39,568 nt of DNA, taken from IMG/VR virus record IMGVR_UViG_3300045988_104095, positions 1-39,568 of that record. One strand, given 5' to 3'. The notes under the pieces were generated by a model. It was not told where the DNA came from and did not search any database. It saw only the letters and a program-made list of their open reading frames with translations. This document shows, in pieces, positions 7,281-15,887 of the stretch; positions within the stretch are counted from its first letter, which is position 1; the number at the start of each line of letters is the position of its first letter. The stretch comes from a virus. The translations under genes and the position numbers were made by a program.

Positions 7281-8267
7281 CTAGATTTCGCGTCCGTCAA
7301 AACAATCGGCGGGCAGTGCGCTGTCGGGCAAAAGCCGCGGCAGTGCCCTGTCCGGGCTGGTACAGAACACGGTGCCTCTCTTGTCAAACCACAGCGGAAC
7401 AAGGCCCATGAAATCGCCGTTTCGTTGTTTAGAAATACGCAGGAGTGAGTCAGCGGCGTCCTGATCCTCGGTCGGCGTGAGTTCGCGCTGTTCTGCCAGT
7501 CGCTCCTTGTCAAGGTTCCGACGAATCAAAACGAGGTTGTCAATTTGGTCAACGATCGCAGACGAACCGCGCACCGCGAATTTGTCAATCTCGTCCTTTT
7601 CGCTCCCGCCCTTTCTGACGTGATGGACAATGTGAATATGCACAGAAAGCTCGCGGGCAATCTGACAGCACCCCTGCACAAATTCCTTCTGCCCCGTGTA
7701 ATCGTCCTCGGCGTGCACTACCTTCATGAGATTGTCAATGAAGATGTGTTTACAGCCGAATTCTTTGGCCATTACCACAGACACGCCTAAGACGCCTTCA
7801 ATCGTGATCGCTTGCTTCTCGTTTGAAAGGAGCAGCCCAGCGTCCCGGCAGTACTTCAAGAAGGCTTGTATTTTCTTCTCGTTCGCCTGCGCGTCATATT
7901 TCGTAGGCAGACGCCCCCAGCCCTGCCGCAGCATTCGATAAAGCGTCCTTGCGGGCGTCATCTCAAAAGACTGAATGCCGACCTTCTGCCCGGCGGCTAA
8001 AAGCTGTAAGGCGACCTGCCCAGTGAGAAGGCTCTTGCCGTTGCCGTTCTGACCGGCCCACATCGTCACTTCGCCTTCTCTGAAGGCAAGACGCTTGTCA
8101 AACACGCACGGCGTGCCCGCTAAGCGCCCTTCGATGATGCCAAATAGCGGGTCTTCAAAGTGGTCAGGCCGATAGATCACGTTGCGGGCGGACTGTTGCC
8201 ACGCGGCGAACGCGGGCGAGTAGTCACGCGGTTGCATCGTCATTTCACTTATTGTCTTGTCTTGCAT
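7281..8267 (-). CDS. DnaB_C/AAA_25-type replicative helicase-like ATPase
   Basis: Walker A is WAGQNGNGKSLL and Walker B is KHIFIDNL, followed by HIHIVHHVRKG and RGSSAIVDQIDNLVLI. Located in the replication module. Confidence 0.75.
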   Translation of the reverse strand: MQDKTISEMTMQPRDYSPAFAAWQQSARNVIYRPDHFEDPLFGIIEGRLAGTPCVFDKRLAFREGEVTMWAGQNGNGKSLLTGQVALQLLAAGQKVGIQSFEMTPARTLYRMLRQGWGRLPTKYDAQANEKKIQAFLKYCRDAGLLLSNEKQAITIEGVLGVSVVMAKEFGCKHIFIDNLMKVVHAEDDYTGQKEFVQGCCQIARELSVHIHIVHHVRKGGSEKDEIDKFAVRGSSAIVDQIDNLVLIRRNLDKERLAEQRELTPTEDQDAADSLLRISKQRNGDFMGLVPLWFDKRGTVFCTSPDRALPRLLPDSALPADCFDGREI

Positions 8268-8679
8268 AGGGTAGTTCTCCGAATTTCTTCCAATGTTTGT
8301 TTTTTAGGTGAACTAAAGCGCCGTCAGGCGTCCAGTAAAACGAATTGTCTCGTGCCTTGTCTCGGATCATCATCGCCAATTGGCGTGCTCTCCTCTCTGA
8401 GCCGCGAACGTATTCGATTTGACACGTCCGGTCTGCCCAAACATCCGGCGGAATGTCTGCAATGTTGTCGCTCTCTCGAATGTAGAAGTTAAGGACGCCA
8501 AAGCAAGGACTCTTGCCGTCACCGCACTCAAAGCCATCGCGGATAAGGCAGTATGCCGGGGCGAGTACGAACCTGATCTGTTGTTGTTCTCTCGGTCTGT
8601 ATACGCCTATTTTTGCCTCGCTGTCTTCAAAGTACCTACGGGAATTAAAGAAAGCATCAATTTCTTCGGGCGTCAGCAT
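8245..8679 (-). CDS. Hypothetical protein (144 aa)
   Basis: ORF track. Lies between the initiator and the helicase. No motif recognised. Confidence 0.55.
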   Translation of the reverse strand: MLTPEEIDAFFNSRRYFEDSEAKIGVYRPREQQQIRFVLAPAYCLIRDGFECGDGKSPCFGVLNFYIRESDNIADIPPDVWADRTCQIEYVRGSERRARQLAMMIRDKARDNSFYWTPDGALVHLKNKHWKKFGELPYARQDNK

Positions 8680-8681
8680 GA

Positions 8682-9578
8682 TTATCCAAAAAGCAGCTCA
8701 GCTGCTTCGGCCTCCTCTTCTTCTTCGGGCTTTCGCGTTGAACCAGCCGCACGCTTAAACTCATCAACTGCCTGAGCCTGCGTGACCGGTCTGTGCCCTC
8801 CGTTCGCTCCGAACTGGTTGCTTCTTCTGATCCAGTTTCGCCATGTGGCTGGCCAATCACGTTTTACTGCTCCTGCCCCTGCTTTCGCTCTCCAGTAGTC
8901 AAGAAAGCAATCGAACTCAAAAGCTATTTGATCAGGGGATAAGTCAGGACGTACTTTATTCGCCTGCTCCCTGAGTTCGTCAGTCAGCTCTGTGAATGTG
9001 ATGCGACTGCCTTTTTTATTTTCGGGTTTAGGGGTAACGTCGTTACCCGTAACGTCGTTTCGGGTAGGCTCGTTGTGCGAGACAGGATCGAGCACAAGAG
9101 GAGCGTCAGCGTACTCTTCCCTTTCTTTCCTTTTCTTATTCCTTATCCCACCCACATTTTGTACGCTACCCGTCACGTACGTTTTGTACGCTACCCCATG
9201 TACGTTTTGTACGTTACCCCCGTTTTGGGGGTTACCCCCGTTTTGTACGTTACCCCCGTTTTGGGGGTTACCCCCGTTTTGTACGTTACCCTCATCCTCT
9301 AACCCTACGATTTCATACCAGTTCAACAGTCCAGATTTGCAGGCGCGTTTAACCGAGCGGATATAGCCGCCTTCTCTGAGTTCCTTCAGGGCGCGTTCAA
9401 CCCTTCTCAGCGAGCAGGGCGCATTCTCCGAGTGGAAAAACTCACGGATGGTTTCGCGGCTCGGATTGCATTGGCCTGTGTCTGCGTTGTGGCAGAAGGC
9501 GAGAAAGAGCAAGACGGCTTGCGCAAACCCTCCGGCACGCGCCTGGTCTTTCACGTAGTTAATGGCTTTGATACTCAT
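8682..9578 (-). CDS. Replication initiator/organiser: N-terminal winged HTH, internal NGGN(V/P)Q repeats, W-rich C-terminal domain
   Basis: The N-terminus reads FAQAVLLFLAFCHNADTGQCNPSRETIREF...LRRVERALKELREGGYI (wHTH-like). The C-terminus reads FDCFLDYWRAKAGAGAVKRDWPATWRNWIRR. The gene contains the iteron array. Confidence 0.7.
   Translation of the reverse strand: MSIKAINYVKDQARAGGFAQAVLLFLAFCHNADTGQCNPSRETIREFFHSENAPCSLRRVERALKELREGGYIRSVKRACKSGLLNWYEIVGLEDEGNVQNGGNPQNGGNVQNGGNPQNGGNVQNVHGVAYKTYVTGSVQNVGGIRNKKRKEREEYADAPLVLDPVSHNEPTRNDVTGNDVTPKPENKKGSRITFTELTDELREQANKVRPDLSPDQIAFEFDCFLDYWRAKAGAGAVKRDWPATWRNWIRRSNQFGANGGHRPVTQAQAVDEFKRAAGSTRKPEEEEEAEAAELLFG
9157..9292. repeat. Iteron array (7 copies of GTTTTG-nnn-G-n-TACCC(C)) inside the initiator gene; candidate origin of replication
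   Basis: Copies start at 9157, 9181, 9204, 9222, 9240, 9258 and 9276. The last five are contiguous with an exact 18-bp period, alternating between gttttgtacgttaccccc and gttttgggggttaccccc. A pyrimidine-rich, AT-rich tract lies at about 9107-9150. Confidence 0.7.
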
Positions 9579-9632
9579 GGAGCGCCTCGGTCAACAAAGT
9601 GCGCTCGGAGCTGTGCCGAGCGTACTTGTATT

Positions 9633-9953
9633 CTACTCTCTCCTGCAGTTTTTTGCAGGGGTGCCGTTCGATTGGGAAGGCACGAATGAATGAACTTTTT
9701 CCCCATCAATCAGGAAATAGCGACGCTTCCCGGGGGCCTGAGTAGAAGAAATCCACGCTCCCTGCTTCAGTTCCTTCAACGCCCTCATCACGGTGCGTGG
9801 GTGTAGATGTGCTTCCTTCGCTATGCGAGCGGTCTCCGGGGAGCACTCCCCGGCGTCGTTCGCGTGTCGGCAGAGCACAACAAGGACAGAATGAGCTGAG
9901 AAGCTCATTTCGACGTCCATGTCTATGCAGTCTTGCATCAGCTGTAAAGACAT
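9633..9953 (-). CDS. Winged-helix DNA-binding protein
   Basis: HSVLVVLCRHANDAGECSPETARIAKEAHLHPRTVMRALKELKQGAWI. I prefer ATG 9953, just after the upstream stop at 9956. Confidence 0.6.
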   Translation of the reverse strand: MSLQLMQDCIDMDVEMSFSAHSVLVVLCRHANDAGECSPETARIAKEAHLHPRTVMRALKELKQGAWISSTQAPGKRRYFLIDGEKVHSFVPSQSNGTPAKNCRRE

Positions 9954-9955
9954 AA

Positions 9956-10201
9956 TCACACCCCTCGGGGCAAGCCCTTCCATGCTTCAAGCTTCGGGTA
10001 CTTCAGCATGAAATAGGGCACGCGGCTTTTAGGAATGCCGCTCCGCTTCCATCGACTAATGGCCGGGGATGTGACGCCGAAATACGCGGCCATCTCGCTT
10101 AATGTTGAAAACTTCTTTTCGATCTCTTCGAAAGCCTTCTTTCTGCGCGCCGTCATTCTTGCGATTTCTATCATTTCTGTCATTTCTGTGTTTTCTGTCA
10201 T
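9956..10201 (-). CDS. Cro/YdaS-like HTH regulator; first gene of the minus-strand early operon
   Basis: LSEMAAYFGVTSPAISRWKRSGIPKSRVPYF. It is divergent from the plus-strand operon. Several in-frame ATGs lie in its 5' repeat region. Confidence 0.7.
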   Translation of the reverse strand: MTENTEMTEMIEIARMTARRKKAFEEIEKKFSTLSEMAAYFGVTSPAISRWKRSGIPKSRVPYFMLKYPKLEAWKGLPRGV

Positions 10202-10206
10202 TTCTG
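10153..10206. repeat. Tandem 9-bp repeats (TCATTTCTG and variants) across the 5' end of the cro-like gene
   Basis: Units: tcatttctg at 10171, 10180 and 10198; tgttttctg at 10189; degenerate units at 10153 and 10162. On the coding strand these read CAGAAATGA, which gives repeated in-frame ATG codons. Confidence 0.7.
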
Positions 10207-10239
10207 ATTTCCTTTTAGGAAGTTGATCACCCTATTAGT

Positions 10240-10253
10240 TTAACGCGCGTTAA
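10240..10253. promoter_or_regulatory. Perfect 14-bp palindrome TTAACGCGCGTTAA in the divergent intergenic region; candidate operator
   Basis: Read directly. It lies between the cro-like gene (start 10201) and the plus-strand operon (start 10353). Confidence 0.4.
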
Positions 10254-10352
10254 GACGCTTGTAAAGCCCATGCGCGCCATTGTGGCTTCACGCCTGTTCA
10301 GGCGTAGCGGTGCCGTGCTACAGTACATAGCAAACAACCTTGAGGCGGTGTC

Positions 10353-10802
10353 ATGGAATTTAGTAGCTCCAGTGTTATGGCCTACATCCTCTATAAAGGA
10401 AAGAAGGCCGGTCATTCGATAAGCAAAACGCAGGCGCAGAAACTTCTTTACTGTTGCTATGGCATTGTCTTGGCCGCGCTCGATGAGCGATTAACAGACG
10501 AGCATCCTAAGGCATGGCCCGGCGGCCCTGTCTTCCCTCGCGCACTGATCGTTGATAACGGGGATCGCCTCACCACGTGCATGGCTGAAAGATTTATCGA
10601 CTCATGCCCGGCAGACTGGCTGAAACTGATGGATAAGACGCTTGACAGGTTTTGGGGCTACTCGGCCACGGCGCTGGAAACTTGGTCGCAGCGCAAGGGC
10701 ACACCGTGGGACAAGGCTGACCCGCTTGCATCGCTAGACGACAGAGAGATACAGAAATACTTTCAAAAGTTCGTGCCAATTATCCAAGGCGCCGCCGCAT
10801 GA
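10353..10802 (+). CDS. Panacea/DUF4065 (SocA/GepA-like) domain protein
   Basis: VMAYILYKGKKAGHSISKTQAQKLLYCCYGIVLAALDERLTDEHPKAWPGGPVFPRAL follows the DUF4065 layout (..KLQKLLY...G.......L....F.AW..GPV). GAGG lies 7 nt upstream of the ATG. Confidence 0.7.
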   Translation: MEFSSSSVMAYILYKGKKAGHSISKTQAQKLLYCCYGIVLAALDERLTDEHPKAWPGGPVFPRALIVDNGDRLTTCMAERFIDSCPADWLKLMDKTLDRFWGYSATALETWSQRKGTPWDKADPLASLDDREIQKYFQKFVPIIQGAAA

Positions 10803-10971
10803 ATGAAGCCGTCGCCGGGGTTCGGTTTTTACCTTAGTGTTTCTACTAGTGAAATAATTGACGGCTCCCCCTTTACTTTCCCCTTCACTTTGGTTAATAT
10901 GCTGTCAATGGTTGAGGTTAATCCTCTGCCGACTTTAAGACTTGCCCACACGGGCCGTAAGGAGTGAAAAA

Positions 10972-11298
10972 ATGACACAGACTCTTATCAACGTATCCGC
11001 CGCTAAAGCCGAGGCACTTTCCGAGTTCCTTGGCGCCATCAACGAAGCCGCCGCAAAAAATTCTTCCCAGTTTTTTAATCAGTTCGGAGGCTCAACCCTC
11101 CCCGCCCTCGGTGTGGAGCAAAAGATTGAAATCGCGGCGGCTTGCTTCCGCCTGATCCGGTCAGTGCTGACCGACGAGAAGGCGCGTGAAGACTTCCCGG
11201 CGCTCGCCGGGTGGGTCAATGAAGCCCTCGCCGATCGTATCGACGATATTGTCTTAGAGCAGTTGCACGCTGCTCCGGACTACCCGGAGGTTATCTAA
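10972..11298 (+). CDS. Hypothetical acidic protein (108 aa)
   Basis: ATG 10972 is preceded by AAGGAG. It is the same frame as ORF-track entry 10942..11298. Confidence 0.6.
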   Translation: MTQTLINVSAAKAEALSEFLGAINEAAAKNSSQFFNQFGGSTLPALGVEQKIEIAAACFRLIRSVLTDEKAREDFPALAGWVNEALADRIDDIVLEQLHAAPDYPEVI

Positions 11299-11688
11299 AT
11301 GCGATTCACGACCTACAGCAGGGCGGCTAGTAACGCCGCCTACGAAGCGGCTCAGGCCGCATGGGATGGCATGAGTCCCGAAGAGTTCGACCCGTGCCCT
11401 CGTGATCCGGAACAGTGGGAGGAGTGGTGTGCCAAGCTCTCCCAGTCGTTAGAAGTGATCTGCGACTGGCCTGCATACGGCATCCAGTTGGAGAGCGTCA
11501 CGCTGGATGACATGGCCGCCGATTTGCTCGGCTCGGCCTACGAGGAATTAAGCCACGACGCCCCGGGCGCCATTGCCGCGTATTGCCCGCGCAATTCGCC
11601 TTTATGGGCCGCCATACAGCGCGTGTATGCGCTGGAATATGTCGGCGTGCCTGCCGACGCCGTGGACGGCTATATAGCCACACACTGA
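11299..11688 (+). CDS. Hypothetical acidic protein (129 aa)
   Basis: ORF track. The start abuts the upstream stop. Confidence 0.6.
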   Translation: MRFTTYSRAASNAAYEAAQAAWDGMSPEEFDPCPRDPEQWEEWCAKLSQSLEVICDWPAYGIQLESVTLDDMAADLLGSAYEELSHDAPGAIAAYCPRNSPLWAAIQRVYALEYVGVPADAVDGYIATH

Positions 11689-11760
11689 GCATAAAAACGC
11701 TCGGGAAAGCGTCCAGCTTAAACCCGAGCGAAATCACTTAAGGATCAAATAGAGGATAAC

Positions 11761-12426
11761 ATGACAACAGACAAAACCACAACCCCGGCCTCGGCTGAGA
11801 ACATCTATGCCGCCCTTGCGGCGGCTCAGGCTGAGTTTAAGACGGTCGCGAAGAACTGCGTAAACCCGGCTTTTAATTCGAAGTATGCCGATCTGCAAAG
11901 CATTCTAGACGCAACCCGCCCGGCGCTCAATCGCCACGGCCTTTTTCTCTTCCAGCGCGTGACGTCGTCCAAAGACGGCGTAAGCGTTGAAACGGTCGTC
12001 TCCCACTCGTCAGGAGAAACGCTCTCAAGCGGCGTTCTGTTTCTCCCTGTTATCAGTCCTAAGAACCCGTCGCAGGCGTTCGGCAGTGCTGAGACATACG
12101 CCCGGCGTTACAGCCTGAGCGCCTTCCTCGGCGTGAGCGCCGACGAGGATGACGACGGCAACGGCGCAAAGGTAGATGAACAGACGCTGACGAATGAGCG
12201 TTTAGCCTCTGCGCTGGTGGACGTCGCCACAGAGGCCGCGCACCGCGGCATGACGGCATACAAGGAATTTTATGAATACTTAACGCCCGCGGCCCGAAAA
12301 GCGCTCAATGCTGCTGGCATTCATAGCGAGTTGAAAGTCGTCGCGGAAAGCGTAGACGAAAAAGCACAGGCGCAGGCCATCCAGCAGGCCGCCGCCGCCG
12401 AAATTGAAACTAAATCAGAGGAGTAA
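11761..12426 (+). CDS. erf: ERF-family single-strand annealing protein
   Basis: KNCVNPAFNSKYADLQSILDATRPALNRHGLFLFQ ... AFGSAETYARRYSLSAFLGV. Adjacent to SSB. Confidence 0.8.
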   Translation: MTTDKTTTPASAENIYAALAAAQAEFKTVAKNCVNPAFNSKYADLQSILDATRPALNRHGLFLFQRVTSSKDGVSVETVVSHSSGETLSSGVLFLPVISPKNPSQAFGSAETYARRYSLSAFLGVSADEDDDGNGAKVDEQTLTNERLASALVDVATEAAHRGMTAYKEFYEYLTPAARKALNAAGIHSELKVVAESVDEKAQAQAIQQAAAAEIETKSEE

Positions 12427-12429
12427 AAA

Positions 12430-12870
12430 ATGACCATTTATATGAACAAAGTAATCCTGATCGGTAACGTGGGCAAGAAGCCCGAGCTGAAAGAATCGAA
12501 GTCAGGGCCTGTGTGCCGCGTGAGCCTCGCGACCACGCGGCATTGGACTGATGCGCAGGGTCAAAGGCAGTCCGAAACCGAATGGCATAACTGCACTGCC
12601 TTCGGTCGTGTCGCTGAAATCTTCGCCGAGTACCTTGACAAGGGCACGCAGTTGATGGTCGAAGGCCGGTTACGCACGCGCGAATACACAGACGCTCAGG
12701 GCGTCAAACGGTGCTCGACTGAGGTATTGGTTGAGCGCCAGCAGTTTGGTAGCCGCGGCACCTCGGACGGCCAGCCCCAGCGCCCGGCCGCGAAGCCTGC
12801 CAGCGCTCCGGCGGCGAAGAAGTCCGCGCCTGTGAACGCCGCTGACATTGATGAGGATTGTCCGTTTTAA
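12430..12870 (+). CDS. ssb: Single-stranded DNA-binding protein
   Basis: NKVILIGNVGKKPELKESKSGPVCRVSLATTRHW...TEWHNCTAFGRVAEIFAEYLDKGTQLMVEGRLRTREY, with the acidic tail DIDEDCPF. Confidence 0.95.
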   Translation: MTIYMNKVILIGNVGKKPELKESKSGPVCRVSLATTRHWTDAQGQRQSETEWHNCTAFGRVAEIFAEYLDKGTQLMVEGRLRTREYTDAQGVKRCSTEVLVERQQFGSRGTSDGQPQRPAAKPASAPAAKKSAPVNAADIDEDCPF

Positions 12871-12882
12871 GGAGTGCGAACC

Positions 12883-13494
12883 ATGTTCGTTGATATGAAG
12901 AAAGACCCCGACGCGCCGAAGGCAACGGCGCTTGACTTGCGCGAAGCCGTGCGCCAAGCGGCTGAGGCCGTCGAAGTCGACCCTGAGACGGGGGAAATTA
13001 CGGGCCTCGACAAGCTGCGTGAGGCCGAAGGCAAGGAGGCTGACAAGGTCGCGGCGCTTGCCCGCGTGGTGCGTGCCGTGCGCCGTGAGGCCGCCGCAGT
13101 CTCCGAGCACATTGAGGCCGAGAAAGCGATTTTGAAGCGGCTGGAAACGAAGGCCGATAAGCTCTCTGACTTCCTCGCTCAGTTCATGCTGAGCGGCAAG
13201 ATCAATCGGATAACGGACGTTGATATTGAGGTTAAGGCACTCGCCGGGCGTGAGTCCGTTGCCGTGCTCGATATTGAGGCCGTCCCCTCGGACTTCATCA
13301 AAGTGACTGCGATTAAGTGCCCGCCTACCCTGTCTTACACGGATGCGCGTCGGCTTGCTAGGTCGATGGGCGCGGGCGCTGAGGTCGTGCGCTCAGTCGA
13401 CAAGATTGCCGTCATGAACGAATGGAAGCTAGGCAAGAACACGATCACCGGAACGGCGATTTTCCGCACGCCGGGACTCAAGATTTCAGCGTGA
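12883..13494 (+). CDS. Siphovirus Gp157-like protein
   Basis: I prefer ATG 12883 (AAGGAG 7 nt upstream). It has a DPETGEI motif, a coiled-coil centre (EAEKAILKRLETKADKLSDFL) and a C-terminal VPSDFIKV segment, matching the Gp157 layout. Confidence 0.55.
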   Translation: MFVDMKKDPDAPKATALDLREAVRQAAEAVEVDPETGEITGLDKLREAEGKEADKVAALARVVRAVRREAAAVSEHIEAEKAILKRLETKADKLSDFLAQFMLSGKINRITDVDIEVKALAGRESVAVLDIEAVPSDFIKVTAIKCPPTLSYTDARRLARSMGAGAEVVRSVDKIAVMNEWKLGKNTITGTAIFRTPGLKISA

Positions 13495-13502
13495 GGGTCG
13501 TC

Positions 13503-13604
13503 ATGATACTTGATCGCATTTTGGACTTACTGGCCGCCCTTGCGCTCGTAGCCCTTCTGCTGGCGCCGGGGATGCTCGTCGGCTTTTTCATTTGGGGCTT
13601 GTAA
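13503..13604 (+). CDS. Possible small membrane protein (33 aa)
   Basis: MILDRILDLLAALALVALLLAPGMLVGFFIWGL contains a single hydrophobic helix. GAGGG lies upstream of ATG 13503. Confidence 0.35.
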   Translation: MILDRILDLLAALALVALLLAPGMLVGFFIWGL

Positions 13605-13622
13605 GTCCCCGGAGTATAAGAA

Positions 13623-14120
13623 ATGGATACATCTTTCTTCCCGATTCTCTCCGCCACGACCGCGAAGATTACAGCGACGGCCTCGGAGTGGAAAGCATTA
13701 CTAAGGCTTCTGCCGCCTGCGCGTGCAGCTCGACCGGTTTTGAGAAAAGCGGCGGATGGTGCGCGGTTTTTCGAGTATTCCCGGCTCATGAATGACTACA
13801 TCGGCGCCCGGCTTCTTGTCGAAAGTTGCGCAGCTCATCGCGACGTTGTCGGCACCTGCGCGTTCAATGTCGGACAGCGTGCCGCCCTGACGTTCGTTAT
13901 CTCTGCGCATCCGAAGGAATTTATAACGCCACAAAAAAATATGGTGTCTCGCGTTCTCCTTAAGGCAAGAGAAATCTGTGATCCGGTGAATGACCTGCTT
14001 TATGACCTCGCAATCAATACGGACAATGTGCGGGCTGATGATATTCGTCTCGATGCGTTGATGTCAGCTCAACAGCTCTCTATCGATATAACCGAATTTT
14101 CGAGGATGTCAAATGATTGA
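13623..14120 (+). CDS. Hypothetical protein (165 aa)
   Basis: ORF track, continuing the same-strand operon. The start is uncertain. Confidence 0.5.
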   Translation: MDTSFFPILSATTAKITATASEWKALLRLLPPARAARPVLRKAADGARFFEYSRLMNDYIGARLLVESCAAHRDVVGTCAFNVGQRAALTFVISAHPKEFITPQKNMVSRVLLKAREICDPVNDLLYDLAINTDNVRADDIRLDALMSAQQLSIDITEFSRMSND

Positions 14121-14343
14121 CCTAAAGAAAACAAAAATGGTGATTCGCGAGATGAAGGCCGATCACATCTTCTCAAAGAGTGAGGCCACACAGCTCTCGA
14201 TCCTTGTTGATCGCGTCAAGGAAGGCAAGGACGACGAAGCGATTCAGCTCGCGCATGGCCTCGCGGCCGAAATCGCTTTGAAGGTGCTTGCCGTGAAGAA
14301 GCTAGAGGGCTTTTTGAGGGGCGCGGAGGAGTGCCATGAGTAG
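14113..14343 (+). CDS. Hypothetical protein (76 aa)
   Basis: ORF track. Overlaps both neighbours by 8 nt. Confidence 0.55.
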   Translation: MIDLKKTKMVIREMKADHIFSKSEATQLSILVDRVKEGKDDEAIQLAHGLAAEIALKVLAVKKLEGFLRGAEECHE

Positions 14344-14902
14344 AGCACTGAGGAGGCTGGCGAAGCGTGCAGAGCGCAAGCCCGGCCGAAAAAAGCAATG
14401 CCACTACGCAGGGGATGATTTGATCGTGCGCAGGGGTTATGGCGCACTGGCCCGCGTCATCCCGGTGACAGAAACAGAACAGCACAAATACTGTCTTGGT
14501 TTTTACGCGTTATTGGAGCGCTGTCGCTCAGGCGAGCCGGAGAAGGAAGGTAGTTGCTGGTCTGACTTGATGGGCGTTCTTATCACCGGCTTTATCTGCG
14601 CACGCGCCACGACGCAACCGGTTAACCTCTCGCGGCAGTTTCAGGCCGCCGGGGCGCTGCTTGATTCGGCCTATGTGCACTGGCAGAAAACGCATCAGAT
14701 ACTAGAAGCGAATTTCGAGGTCGTGCATCAGGCGATTGATGACCTTTGCGATATTGTCATGCAGTTGCGCAGGGATGAGCTTATGCGCGTCAACGAAACG
14801 ATGCGAAACGACACGATCGGCATCTATCGCGACTTCTTCAATGACCCGCGCGCGTTTACTGAAGATGACAAGGCGCTTCAGGCGTGGTTGGCGCGTCAGT
14901 AG
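14336..14902 (+). CDS. Hypothetical protein (188 aa)
   Basis: ORF track. Last gene before a terminator. Confidence 0.6.
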   Translation: MSRALRRLAKRAERKPGRKKQCHYAGDDLIVRRGYGALARVIPVTETEQHKYCLGFYALLERCRSGEPEKEGSCWSDLMGVLITGFICARATTQPVNLSRQFQAAGALLDSAYVHWQKTHQILEANFEVVHQAIDDLCDIVMQLRRDELMRVNETMRNDTIGIYRDFFNDPRAFTEDDKALQAWLARQ

Positions 14903-14912
14903 TAGGCAAAAG

Positions 14913-14935
14913 AAAAGCCGCATTAAGCGGCTTTT
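14913..14935 (+). terminator. Intrinsic terminator ending the main early-left operon
   Basis: AAAAGCCGC-ATTAA-GCGGCTTTT: a GC core at 14917-21 / 14927-31, followed by TTTT. Confidence 0.6.
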
Positions 14936-15140
14936 CCCCCTGCGTCCGATTCGGTCACACAGAGTGTACGGCGTGGCCATGTCCACCCGCGTTTATATCG
15001 TATCCGCAGGCCTCAAGCCTGTCAAGTATCCACCGGCTTTCTTGCTTATTAGCGTAAATACTAATTTACGTACGTTACTAACTAGCCTAACATACGGGTT
15101 ATCAGAAACAACAAAGCCCGTAGGGCTTCGGAGATAAAAA

Positions 15141-15887
15141 ATGAGAACCACCGCCAACATCGTCATTTCCACGTATACGACGTTTTCCCGCCACGGCGAA
15201 TACGCTCGCGGGGAGCACTACATTACTTGCGTCGTTGACGAGCTTCTTTCGCTCGAAAGCGGCGAACTCGTCGCGCACGGGCAGGCTCAGCTGTGCACCG
15301 GCGAGCTGCCGGATGCCGTCAGCTACGACTTTTATAAGGATTTGACCGTCAAGGTCGCCTACTCGAAAGAAAAAGCGAAGTGGATCGCCACAACCGCGTG
15401 GCAAGAAGAATGGCTCGATGAATTTGGCCATCCGATGCCCAAGGACGTGGAAGAAGTCGTGTGCGCGGCCGACGGGCTGGCCTTCGGTGAGGCGAAGGCT
15501 ATCGACGAATTCCAGCGCGAAGCGCAGGACGTGGCGGATAACATGGAGTTCGTGCTCTATGTGAACGAACTGACGGGGGCCGAAAAACTCGCATTCGTCA
15601 ACGGCTGGGCGGCGGCTGGCGGCCCTGTTGACGCCCTCGGTCATGAGGAAGCGGACTGCACGCCTTGGGTGCAGAACAACACAATCAGTGTATCGGCTTT
15701 CGAGCTGGATTTTCTGCCGAAGACGGCAGAGGAATGGGGCCGGGCTTACTGGCTTGATAACCGCGCTCGTATCATTAACGAGCTGGCCTACTGGTTCAAA
15801 CAGGCGAGCGGGATTGAACGGTCCTTGTGGGCAAAGGAACATCCGCTGCTCGCGGACGACGTGGCGAGGCGTGCCAATGGACTCTAA
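15141..15887 (+). CDS. Hypothetical acidic protein (248 aa); first gene of the terminal cassette
   Basis: ATG is preceded by GGAG and an A-rich spacer. The D/E-rich sequence looks protein-like, whereas the register-aligned antisense ORF 15102..15842 is R/P/L-rich. Confidence 0.6.
   Translation: MRTTANIVISTYTTFSRHGEYARGEHYITCVVDELLSLESGELVAHGQAQLCTGELPDAVSYDFYKDLTVKVAYSKEKAKWIATTAWQEEWLDEFGHPMPKDVEEVVCAADGLAFGEAKAIDEFQREAQDVADNMEFVLYVNELTGAEKLAFVNGWAAAGGPVDALGHEEADCTPWVQNNTISVSAFELDFLPKTAEEWGRAYWLDNRARIINELAYWFKQASGIERSLWAKEHPLLADDVARRANGL

Noticed and set aside
9157-9292. The regularly spaced short repeats could be mistaken for a mini CRISPR array
   Set aside because: The units are contiguous with no unique spacers. 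They sit in frame inside the initiator gene, and no cas genes or leader are present. Iterons are the better explanation.
14936-15140. A possible small RNA or tRNA in the 200-nt gap before the terminal cassette
   Set aside because: I could not fold a cloverleaf or any conserved ncRNA structure by eye. The short hairpins (15013..15027, 15113..15127) are more simply promoter or leader elements.
15102-15842. A 246-aa minus-strand ORF almost coextensive with the plus-strand 15141..15887
   Set aside because: The two are in codon register. The plus-strand product has normal composition, an RBS, operon context and translational coupling to the next gene. The minus-strand product is R/P/L/F-rich and would be transcribed against flanking terminators.
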